Shown here piece after piece: positions 48,224-59,103 of a DNA stretch of 64,000 bases. The stretch is from Eledone cirrhosa (taxonomy: Eukaryota): positions 131,006,001 through 131,070,000 of the forward strand of contig OZ024744.1 of the NCBI GenBank assembly GCA_964016885.1. Direction: 5' to 3'. The notes below the pieces were generated by a model, which did not search any database, was not told the origin of the DNA, and saw nothing but the letters and a program-made list of their open reading frames with translations. How positions within the stretch are numbered: the first letter of the stretch is position 1; the number at the start of each line of letters is the position of its first letter. Made by a program: the position numbers and the translations under genes.

Positions 48224-50909
48224 AGTCGGGGTTAAGTTAAGTTGGGGGTAAGTTAAGTTGGGATTAAGTTAAGTTGCGGTTAAGTTGGGGTTAAGTTAAG
48301 TTGGGGTTAAGTTAAGTCGGGGTAAGTTAAGTCGGGGTTAAGTTAAGTTAGGGTTAAGTTAAGTTGGGGTTAAGTTAAAGTTGGGGTTGAGTTAAGTTGC
48401 GGTTGAGTTAAATTGGGGTTGAGTTAAGTTGGGGTTGAGTGAAGTTGGTGTTGAGTTAAGTTGGGGTTAAGTTAAGTTGGGGTTAAGTTATGTTGCGGTT
48501 AAGTTAAGTTGAGTTTAAGTTAAGTTGGGGTTAACTTAAGTGTGGGTTAAGTTCAGTTGGGGTTAAGTTAAGTTGGGGTTGAGTTAAGTTGGGGTTGAGT
48601 TAAATTGGGGTTGAGTTAAGTTGGGGTTGAGTTAAGTTGGTGTTGAATTAAGTTGGGGTTAGGTTAAGTTGGGGTTAAGTTAAGTTGCGGTTAAGTTAAG
48701 TTGAGGTTAAGTTAAGTTGGGGTTAACTTAAGTGTGGGTTAAGTTAAGTTGGGGTTAAGTTAAGTTGGGGTTAAGTTAAGTTGGTGTTAAGTTAAGTTGG
48801 GGCTGAGTTAAGTTGGGGCTGAGTTAAGTTGGGGCTGAGTTAAGTTGGGGTTCAGTTAAGTTGGGGTTGAGTTAAGTTGCGGTTAAGTTAAGTTGGGGTT
48901 AAGTTAAGTTGGGGTTATGTTAAGTTGGGGTTAAGGTAGGTTGGGGTTAAGTTAAGTTGGGGTTGAGTTAAGTTGGGGTTGAGTTAAATTGGGGTTGAGT
49001 TAAGTTGGGGTTGAGTTAAGTTGGTGTTGAGTTAAGTTGGGGTTAAGTTAAGTTGGGGTTAAGTTAAGTTGCGATTAAGTTAAGTTGAGGTTAAGTTAAG
49101 TTGGGGTTAACTTAAGTGTGGGTTAAGTTAAGTTAAGGTTAAGTTAAGTTGGGGTTAAGTTAAGTTGGGGTTAAGTTAAGTTGGGGTTAAGTTAAGTTGG
49201 TGTTAAGTTAAGTTGGGGCTGAGTTAAGTTGGGGCTGAGTTAAGTTGGGGCTGAGTTAAGTTGGGGTTCAGTTAAGTTGGGGTTGAGTTAAGTTGCGGTT
49301 AAGTTAAGTTGGGGTTAAGTTAAGTTGGGGTTATGTTAAGTTGGGGTTTAGTTAAGTTGGGGTTCATTTAAGTTGGGGTTAAGTTAAGTTTAGGTTAAGT
49401 TGGGGTTAAATTAATTTGGGGTTAAGTTAAGTTGGGGTTAAGTTAAGTTGGGGTTAATTTAAGTTGGGGTTAATTTAAGTTGGGGTTAAGTTAAGTTGCG
49501 GGTAATTTAAGTTGGGGTTAAGTTAAGTTGGGGTTAAGTTAAGTTGGGATTAAGTTAAGTTGGGGTTAAGTTAAGTTTGGGTTAAGTTAAGTTGGGGCTA
49601 ATTTAAGTTGGGGCTGAGTTAAGTTGGGGTTAAGTTAAGTTGGGGTTAAGTTAATTTGGGGTTAAGTTGGGGTTAAGTTAAGTTGCGGTTTATTTAAGTT
49701 GGGGTTAAGTTAAGTTGGGGTTCAGTTAAGTTGGGGTTCAGTTAAGTTGGGGTTAAGTTAAGTTGGGGTTAAGTTAAGTTGGTTAGTTAAGTTGAGGTTA
49801 AGTTAAGTTGGGGTTAAGTTAAGTTGGGGTTAAGTTAAGTTGGGGTTAATTTAAGTTGGGGCTAAGTTAAGTTGGGGCTAAGTTAAGTTGGAGCTAAGTT
49901 AAGTTGGGTTTAAGTTAAGGTGGGGTTAAGTTAAGTTGAGGTTAAGTTAAGTTGGGGCTGAGTTAAGTTGGGGCTGAGTTAAGTTGGGGCTGAGTTAAGT
50001 TGGGGTTGAGTTAAGTTGGGGTTGAGTTACGTTGCGGTTAAGTTAAGTTGGGGTTAAGTTAAGTTGGGGTTATGTTAAGTTGGGGTTAAGTTAAGTTGGG
50101 GTTGAGTTAAGTTGGGGTTGAGTTAAATTGGGGTTGAGTTAAGTTGGGGTTGAGTTAAGTTGGTGTTGAGTTAAGTTGGGATTAAGTTAAGTTGGGGTTA
50201 AGTTAAGTTGCGGTTAAGTTAAGGTGAGGTTAAGTTAAGTTGGGGTTAACTTAAGTTGGGGTTAAGTTAAGTTGGGGTTAAGTTAAGTTGGGGTTAAGTT
50301 AAGTTGGTGTTAAGTTAAGTTGGGGCTGAGTTAAGTTGGGGCTGAGTTAAGTTGGGGCTGAGTTAAGTTGGGGTTCAGTTAAGTTGGGGTTGAGTTAAGT
50401 TGCGGTTAATTTAAGTTGGGGTTAAGTTAAGTTGGGGTTCATTTAAGTTGGGGTTAAGTTAAGTTTGGGTTAAGTTGGGGTTAAATTAATTTGGGGTTAA
50501 GTTAAGTTGGGGTTAAGTTAAGTTGGGGTTAAGTTAAGTTGGGGTTAATTTAAGTTGGGGTTAATTTAAGTTGCGGGTAATTTAAGTTGGGGTTAAGTTA
50601 AGTTGGGGTTAAGTTAAGTTGGGGTTAAGTTAAGTTGGGGTTAAGTTAAGTTGGGTTTAAGTTAAGTTGGGGCTGAGTTAAGTTGGGGTTAATTTAAGTT
50701 GGGGTTAAGTTAAGTTGGGGTTAAGTTAAGTTGGGGTTTATTTAAGTTGGGGTTAAGTTAAGTTGGGGTTCAGTTAAGTTGGGGTTCAGTTAAGTTGGGG
50801 TTAAGTTAAGTTGGGGTTAAGATGGGGTTAAATTAAGTTGGGGTTAAGTTAAGTTGGGGTTAAGTTAAGTTGGGGTTAAGTTAAGTTGGGGTTAAGTTAA
50901 GTTGGGGTT

Positions 50910-51052
50910 AACCCCAACTTAACTTAACCGCAACTTCACTCAACCCCAACGTAACTCAGCCCCAACTTAACTTAACCCCAACTTCACTCAACCCCAACTT
51001 CCAACTTGACTTAACCCCAACTTAACTTAGCCCCAACTTAACTTAAGCCCAA
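50910..51052 (-). repeat. Inverted cassette 23, subfamily B short form, 143 bp
   Basis: Same CTTCCAACTTGAC scar as cassettes 2 and 8; ends AAGCCCAAAGTCGGGG. Confidence 0.92.
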
Positions 51053-54000
51053 AGTCGGGGTTAAGTTAAGTTGGCGTTAAGTTAAGTTAGGCTTAACTTA
51101 AGTTGGGGTTCAGTTAAGTTGGGGGTAAGTTAAGTTGGGGGTAAGTTAAGTTGGGGTTAAGTTAAGTTGCGGTTAAGTTGGGGTTAAGTTAAGTTAGGGT
51201 TAAGTTAAGTTGGGGTTGAGTTAAGTTGGGGTTAATTAAGTGGTGGTTATGTTAAGTTGGGGTTAAGTTAAGTTGGGGTTAATTTAAATTGGGGTTAAGT
51301 TAACTTTGTGGTTAAGTTAAGTTGGGGTTAAGTTAAGTTGGGGTAAAGTTGGGGTTGAGTTAAGTTGGGGTTGAGTGAAGTTGGGGTTAAGTTAAGTTGG
51401 GGTTAAGTTAAGTTGGGGTTAAGATAAGTCGGGGTTAAATTAAGTTGTGGTTGAGTTAAGTTGGGGTTAATTTAAGTTGGGGCTAAGTTAATTTGTGGTT
51501 AAGTTAAGTTGGGGTTAAGTTAAGTTGGGGTTAAGTTAAGTCGGGGTAAGTTAAGTCGGGGTTAAGTTAAGTTAGGGTTAAGTTAAGTTGGGGTTAAGTT
51601 AAGTTGGGGTTGAGTTAAGTTGGGGTTGAGTTAAATTGGGGTTGAGTTAAGTTGGTGTTGAGTTAAGTTGGTGTTGAGTTAAGTTGGGGTTAAGTTAAGT
51701 TGGGGTTAAGTTAAGTTGCGGTTAAGTTAAGTTGAGGTTAAGTTAAGTTGGGGTTAACTTAAGTGTGGGTTAAGTTAAGTTGGGGTTAAGTTAAGTTGGG
51801 GTTAAGTTAAGTTGGTGTTAAGTTAAATTGGGGTTGAGTTAAGTTGGGGCTGAGTTAAGTTGGGGCTGAGTTAAGTTGTGGTTCAGTTAAGTTGGGGTTG
51901 AGTTAAGTTGCGGTTAAGTTAAGTTGGGGTTAAGTTAAGTTGGGGTTATGTTAAGTTGGGGTTAAGGTAGGTTGGGGTTAAGTTAAGTTGGGGTTGAGTT
52001 AAGTTGGGGTTGAGTTAAATTGGGGTTGAGTTAAGTTGGGGTTGAGTTAAGTTGGTGTTGAGTTAAGTTGGGGTTAAGTTAAGTTGGGGTTAAGTTAAGT
52101 TGCGGTTAAGTTAAGTTGGGGTTAAGTTAAGTTGGGGTTAAGTTAAGTTGGGGTTAAGTTAAGTTGGGGTTAAGTTAAGTTGGTGTTAAGTTAAGTTGGG
52201 GCTGAGTTAAGTTGGGGCTGAGTTAAGTTGGGGCTGAGTTAAGTTGGGGTTCAGTTAAGTTGGGGTTAAGTTAAGTTGGGGTTATGTTAAGTTGGGGTTT
52301 AGTTAAGTTGGGGTTCATTTAAGTTGGGGTTAAGTTAAGTTTAGGTTAAGTTGGGGTTAAATTAATTTGGGGTTAAGTTAAGTTGGGGTTAAGTTAAGTT
52401 GGGGTTAATTTAAGTTGGGGTTAATTTAAGTTGGGGTTAAGTTAAGTTGCGGGTAATTTAAGTTGGGGTTAAGTTAAGTTGGGGTTAAGTTAAGTTGGGG
52501 TTAAGTTAAGTTGGGGTTAAGTTAAGTTTGGGTTAAGTTAAGTTGGGGCTAATTTAAGTTGGGGCTGAGTTAAGTTGGGGTTAAGTTAAGTTGGGGTTAA
52601 GTTAATTTGGGGTTAAGTTGGGGTTAAGTTAAGTTGGGGTTTATTTAAGTTGGGGTTAAGTTAAGTTGGGGTTCAGTTAAGTTGGGGTTCAGTTAAGTTG
52701 GGGTTAAGTTAAGTTGGGGTTAAGTTAAGTTGGTTAGTTAAGTTGAGGTTAAGTTAAGTTGGGGTTAAGTTAAGTTGGGGTTAAGTTAAGTTGGGGTTAA
52801 TTTAAGTTAGGGTTAAGTTAAGTTGGGGTTCAGTTAAGTTGGGGTTAAGTCAAGTTGGGGTTAAGTTGGGGTTAAATTAAGTTGGGGCTAAGTTAAGTTG
52901 GGGCTAAGTTAAGTTGGGGCTAAGTTAAGTTGGGGTTCAGTTAAGTTGGGGTTAAGTTAAGTTTGGGTTAAGTTGGGGTTAATTTAAGTTGGGGTTAATT
53001 TAAGTTGCGGTTAAGTTAAGTTGGGGTTAAGTTAAGTGGTGGTTATGTTAAGTTGGGGTTAAGTTAAGTTGGGGTTAATTTAAATTGGGGTTAAGTTAAC
53101 TTTGTGGTTAAGTTAAGTTGGGGTTAAGTTAAGTTGGGGTTAAGTTAAGTTGGGGTTGCGTTAAGTCGGGGTTGAGTGAAGTTGGGGTTAAGTTAAGTTG
53201 GGGTTAATTTAAGTTGGGGTTAAGTTAAGTCGGGCTTAAGTTAAGTTGGGGTTAAGTTAATTTGGGGTTAAGTTAAGTTGGGGTTAAGTTAAGTTGGGGT
53301 TGAGTTAAGTTGGGGTTGAGTTAATTTAGGGTTAAGTTAAGTTGGGGTTAAGTTAAGTTGGGTTTAAGTTAAGTTGGGGTTAAATTAAGTTGGGGTTAAA
53401 TTAAGTTGGGGTTAAGTTAAGTTGGGGGTAAGTTAAGTTGGGGGCAAGTTAAGTTGGGGTTAAGTTAAGTTGGGGTTAAATTAAGTTGGGGTTAAGTTTA
53501 GTTGGTGTTAAGTTAAGTTGGGGTTTATTTAAGTTGGGGTTAATTAAGTTGGGGCTGAGTTAAGTTGGGGCTGAATTAAGTTGGGGTTAAGTTAAGTTGG
53601 GGTTGAGTTAAGTTGGGGTTAAGTTAAGTTGGGGTTAAGTTAAGTTGGGGTTCAGTTAAGTTGGGGTTAAGTTGGGGTTAAATTAATTTGGGGTTAAGTT
53701 AAGTTGGGGTTTAGTTTAGTTGGGGTTAAATTAAGTTGGGGTTAATTTAAGTTGGGGTTAAGTTAAGTTGCGGGTAATTTAAGTTGGGGTTAAGTTAAGT
53801 TGGGGTTAAGTTAAGTTGGGGTTAAGTTAAGTTGGGGTTAAGTTAAGTTGGGGGTAAGTTAAGTTGGGGGTAAGTTAAGTTGGGGTTAAGTTAAGTTGGG
53901 GTTAAGTTAAGTTAGGGTTAAGTTAAGTTGGGGTTGAGTTAAGTTGGGGTTAAGTTAAGTTGGGGTTATGTTAAGTTGGGGTTAAGTTAAGTTGGTTCGT

Positions 54001-54219
54001 TAAGTTGAGTTTAAGTTAAGTGGGGTTAATTTAAGTTGGGGTTAAGTTAAGTTGGGGTTAAGTTAAGTTGGGGTTAAGTTAAGTTGGGGTTAAGTTAAGT
54101 TGGGGTTCAGTTAAGTTGGGGTTAAGTCAAGTTGGGGTTAAGTTAAGTTGGGGTTATGTTAATTTGGGGTTAAGTTAAGTTGGGGTTAAGTTAATTTGTG
54201 GTTAAGTTAAGTTGTGGTT

Positions 54220-54531
54220 AACCCCAACTTCACTCAACCCCACCTTAACTCAACCCCAACTTAACTTAAGCCCAACTTCACTCAACCCCAACTTAACTTA
54301 ACCCCAACTTCACTCAACCCCAACTTAACTCAACCCCAACTTAACTTAACCCCAACTTAACTTAACCCTAACTTAACTTAACCCCAACTTAACTTAACTT
54401 CGACTTAACTTAACCCCAACTTAAATTAACCCCAACTTAACTTAACCCCAACTTAACTTAACCCCAACTTAAATTAACCCCAACTTGACTTAACCCCAAA
54501 TTAACTTAACCCCAACTTAACTTAACCCCAA
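54220..54531 (-). repeat. Inverted cassette 24, subfamily C long form, 312 bp
   Basis: Starts GTGGTT|AACCCC; ends CCCCAAATTCGGGG. Confidence 0.92.
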
Positions 54532-55519
54532 ATTCGGGGTTAAGTTAAGTTGGGGTTAAATTAAGTTAGGCTTAACTTAAGTTGGGGTTAAGTTAATTTG
54601 GGGTTAAGTTCGGGTTAAGTTAAGTTAGGGTTAAGTTAAGTTGGGGTTGAGTTAAGTTGGGGTTAAGTTAAGTTGGGGTTAAGTTAAGTTGGGGTCAAGT
54701 TAAGTTGGGGTTAAAATTAAGTTGGGGTTAAATCAAGTTGGGGTTAAGTTAAAGTGGGGTTAATTTAGTTGGGGTTAAGTTAAGTTGGGGCTAAGTTAAG
54801 TTGGGGCTAAGTTAAGTTGGGACTAAGTTAAGTTGGGGTTAAGTTAAGTTGGGGTTAAGTTAAGTTGGGGTTAATTTAAGTTGGGATTGAGTTAAGTTGG
54901 GGTTAAGTTAAGTTGGGGTTATATTAAGTTGAGGTTAAGTTAAGTTGGGGTTAAGTTAAGTTGGGGTTCAGTTAAGTTGCGGTTAAGTTAAGTTGGGGTT
55001 AAGTTAAGTTGGGGTTAAGTTAAGTTGGGGTTAAGTTAAGTTGGGGTCAAGTTAAGTTGGGGTTAAGTTAAGTTGGGGTTAAATTAAGTTGGGGTTAATT
55101 TAAGTTGGGGTTAATTTAAGCTGGGGTTAAGTTAAGTTGGGGATAATTTAAGTTGGGGATAAGTTAAGTTGGGGTTAAGTTAAGTTGGGTTTAAGTTAAG
55201 TTGGGGTTAAGTTAAGTTGCGGTTAAGTTAAGTTGGTTAGTTAAGTTGAGTTTAAGTTAAGTTGGGGTTAATTTAAGTTGGGGTTAAGTACGTTGGGGTT
55301 AAGTTAAGTTGGGGCTAAGTTAAGTTGGGGTTCAGTTAAGTTGGGGTTAAATCAATTTGGGGTTAAGTTGGGGTTAAATTAATTTGGGGTTAAGTTAAGT
55401 TGGGGTTAAGTTAAGTTGGGGTTAAGTTAAGTTGGGGTTAAGTTAAGTTGGGGTTAAGTTAAGTTGAAGTTAAGTTAAGTTTGGGTTGAGTTAAGTTGGG
55501 GTTGAGTTAAATTGGGGTT

Positions 55520-56007
55520 AACTCCAACTTAAGTTAACCCCAACTTAACTTAACCCCAACTTCACTCAACCCCAACTTAACTTAACCCCAACTTCACTCA
55601 ACCCCAACTTAACTCAACCCCAACCTAACTTAACCCCAACTTCACTCAACCCCAACTTATCTTAACCCCAACTTCACTCAACCCCAACTTAACTCAACCC
55701 CAACTTAACTTAACCCCAACTTAACTTAACCCTAACTTAACTTAACCCCGACTTAACTTAACCTCGACTTAACTTAACCCCAACTTAATTTAACCCCAAC
55801 TTAACTTAACCCCAACTTAACTTAACCACAAATTAACTTAACCCCAACTTCAATTAACCCCAACTTAACTTAACCCCAACTTAACTTAACCCCAACTTAA
55901 CTTAACCCCAACTTAACTCACACCCAACTTACCTTACCCCCAACTTAACTTAACCCCAACTTGACTTAACCCCAACTTAACTTAACCCCAACTTAACTTA
56001 ACCCCAA
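55520..56007 (-). repeat. Inverted cassette 25, subfamily C, longest at 488 bp
   Basis: Starts GGGGTT|AACTCC; ends CCCCAAATTCGGGG. Confidence 0.92.
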
Positions 56008-57949
56008 ATTCGGGGTTAAGTTATGTTGGGGTTAAGTTAAGTTAGGCCTAACTTAAGTTGGAGTTAAGTTAAGTTGGGGGTAAGTTAAGTTGGGGGTAAG
56101 TTAAGTTGGGGTTAAGTTAAGTTGGGGTTAAGTTGGGGTTAAGTTAAGTTAGGGTTAAGTTAAGTTGGGGTTGAGTTAAGTTGGGGTTAAGTTAAGTGGT
56201 GGTTATGTTAAGTTGGGGTGAAGTTAACTGGGGTTAATTTAAATTGGTGTTAAGTTAACTTTGTGGTTAAGTTAAGTTGGGGTTAAGTTAAGTTGGGGTT
56301 AAGTTAAGTTGGGGTTGAGTTAAGTTGGGGTTGAGTGAAGTTGGGGTTAAGTTAAGTTGGGGTTAATTTAAGTTGGGGTTAAATTAAGTTGGGGTTAAGT
56401 TAAGTTGGGGGTAAGATAAGTTGGGAGCAAGTTAAGTTGGGGTTAAGTTAAGTTGGGGTTAAATTAAGTTGGGGTTAAGTTAAGTTGGGGTTATATTAAG
56501 TTGGGGTTAAGTTAAGTTGGGGTTAAGTTAAGTTGGGGTTCAGTTAAGTTGCGGTTAAGTTAAGTTGGGGTTAAGTTAAGTTGGGGTTAAGTTAAGTTGG
56601 GGTCAAGTTAAGTTGGGGTTATGTTAAGTTGGGGTTTAGTTAAGTTGGTGTTCATTTAAGTTGGGGTTAAGTTAAGTTTGGGTTAAGTTGGGGTTAAATT
56701 AAGTTGGGGTTAAGTTAAGTTGGGGTTAAGTTAAGTTGGGGTTAAGTTAAGTTGGGGTTAAGTTAAGTTGGGGTTAATTTAAGTTGGGGTTAAGTTAAGT
56801 TGCGGGTAATTTAAGTTGGGGTTAAGTTAAGTTGGGGTTAAGTTAAGTTGGGGTTAAGTTAAGTTGGGGTTAAGGTAAGTTGGGGTTAAGTTAAATTGGG
56901 GCTAAGTTAAGTTGGGGCTGAGTTAAGTTGGGGTTAAGTTAAGTTGGGGTTAAGTTAAGTTGGGGTTAAGTTAAGTTGGGGTTAAGTTAAGTTGGGGTTG
57001 AGTTAAGTTGGGGTTAAGTTAAGTAGGGGTAAGTTAAGTTGGGGTTCAGTTAAGTTGGGGTTAAGTTAAGTTGGGGTTAAGTTAAGTTGGGGTTAAGTTA
57101 AGTCGGGGTTAAGTTAAGTCGGGGTTAAGTTAAGTTAGGGTTAAGTTAAGTTGGAGTTAAGTTAAGTTGGGGTTGAGTTAAGTTGGGGTTGAGTTAAATT
57201 GGGGTTGAGTTAAGTTGGGGTTGAGTTAAGTTGGTGTTGAGTTAAGTTGGGGTTAAATTGAGTTGGGGTTAAATTAAGTTGGGGTTAAGTAAATTTGGGG
57301 GTAAGTTAAGTTGGGGGCAAGTTAAGTTGGGGCTAATTTAAGTTGGGGTTAAATTAAGTTGGGGTTACGTTAAGTTGGTGTTAAGTTAAGTTGGGGTTAA
57401 TTTAAGTTGGGGTTAATTAAGTTAGGGTTAAGTTAAGTTGGGGTTAAGTTAAGTTGGGGTTAATTTAAGTTGGGGTTGAGTTAAGTTAGGGTTAAGTTAA
57501 GTTGGGGTTATATTAAGTTGGGGTTAAGTTAAGTTGGGGTTAAGTTAAGTTGGGGTTCAGTTAAGTTGCGGTTAAGTTAAGTTGGGGTTAAGTTAAGTTG
57601 GGGTTAAGTTAAGTTGGGGTTAAGTTAAGTTGGAGTCAAGTTAAGTTGGGGTTAAGTTAAGTTGGGGTTAAGTTAAGTTGGTTAGTTAAGTTGAGTTTAA
57701 GTTAAGTTGGGGTTAATTTAAGTTGGGGTTAAGTTAAGTTGGGGTTAAGTTAAGTTGGGGTTAAGTTAAGTTGGGGTTAAGTTAAGTTGGGGTTCAGTTA
57801 AGTTGGGGTTAAGTCAAGTTGGGGTTAATTTGGGGTTAAATTAATTTGGGGTTAAGTTAAGTTGGGGTTAAGTTAAGTTGGGGTTATGTTAAGTTGGGGT
57901 TAAGTTAAGTTGGGTTTAAGTTAATTCGTGGTTAAGTTAAGTTGTGGTT

Positions 57950-58309
57950 AACCCCAACTTCACTCAACCCCACCTTAACTCAACCCCATATTAACTTAAC
58001 CCCAACTTCACTCAACCCCAACTTAACTTAACCCCAACTTCACTCAACCCCAACTTAAATCAACCCCAACTTAACATAACCCCAACTTAACTTAACCCTA
58101 ACTTAACTTAACCCCGACTTAACTTAACTTCGAATTAACTTAACCCCAACTTAACTTAACCCCAACTTAACTTAACCCCAACTTAACTTAACCACAAATT
58201 AACTTAACCCCAACTTAACTCACACCCAACTTAACTTACCCCCAACTTAACTTAACCCCAACTTGACTTAACCCCAAATTAACTTAACCCCAACTTAACT
58301 TAACCCCAA
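57950..58309 (-). repeat. Inverted cassette 26, subfamily C long form, 360 bp
   Basis: Starts GTGGTT|AACCCC; ends CCCCAAATTCGGGG. Confidence 0.92.
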
Positions 58310-58903
58310 ATTCGGGGTTAAGTTAAGTTGGGGTTAAGTTAAGTTAGGCTTAACTTAAGTTGGGGTTAAGTTAAGTTGGGGGTAAGTTAAGTTCTGGGTA
58401 AGTTAAGTTGGGGTTAAGTTAAGTTGGGGTTAAGTTGGGGTTAAGTTAAGTTAGGGTTAAGTTAAGTTGGGGTTGAGTTAAGTTGGGGTTAAGTTAAGTT
58501 AGGGTTAATTTAAGTTGGGGCTAAGTTAAGTTGGGGCTGAGTTAAGTTGGGGTTAAGTTAAGTTGGGGTTAAGTTAAGTTGGGGATAAGTTAAGTTGGGG
58601 TTAAGTTAAGTTGGGGTTTATTTAAGTTGGGGTTAATTTAAGTTGGGGTTCAGTTAAGTTGGGGTTAAGTTAAGTTGGGGTTAAGTTAAGTTGGGGTTAA
58701 GTTAAGTTGGTGTTAAGTTAAGTTGGGTTTAAGTTAAGTTGGGGTTAAGTTAAGTTGGGGTCAAGTTAAGTTGGGGTTAAGTTAAGTTGGTTAGTTAAGT
58801 TGAGTTTAAGTTAAGTTGGGGTTAATTTATGTTGGGGTTAAGTTAAGTTGGGGTTAAGTTAAGTTGGGGTTAAGTTAAGTTGGGGTTAAGTTAAGTTGGG
58901 GTT

Positions 58904-59103
58904 AACCCCAACTTAACTTAACCCCAACTTCACTCAACCCCAACGTAACTCAACCCCAACTTAACTTAACCCCAACTTCACTCAACCCCAACTTAACTTA
59001 ACCCCAACTTCACTCAACCCCAACTTAAGTCAACCCCAACTTAACTTAACCCCAACTTGACTTAACCCCAACTTAACTTAGCACCAACTTAACTTAAGCC
59101 CAA
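58904..59103 (-). repeat. Inverted cassette 27, subfamily B (AAAGCC junction), 200 bp
   Basis: Matches cassette 17; ends AAGCCCAAAGCCGGGG. Confidence 0.93.

Larger units (their letters stand above)
44100..49750 (+). repeat. Three-copy tandem higher-order repeat (periods 1536 and 1859 bp), one subfamily A cassette per copy; boundaries approximate
   Basis: Cassettes at 44629, 46165 and 48024; marker GCGATTAAG at 47212 and 49071; shared AACTTAAGTGTGGG and AAGGTAGG markers. Confidence 0.8.
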
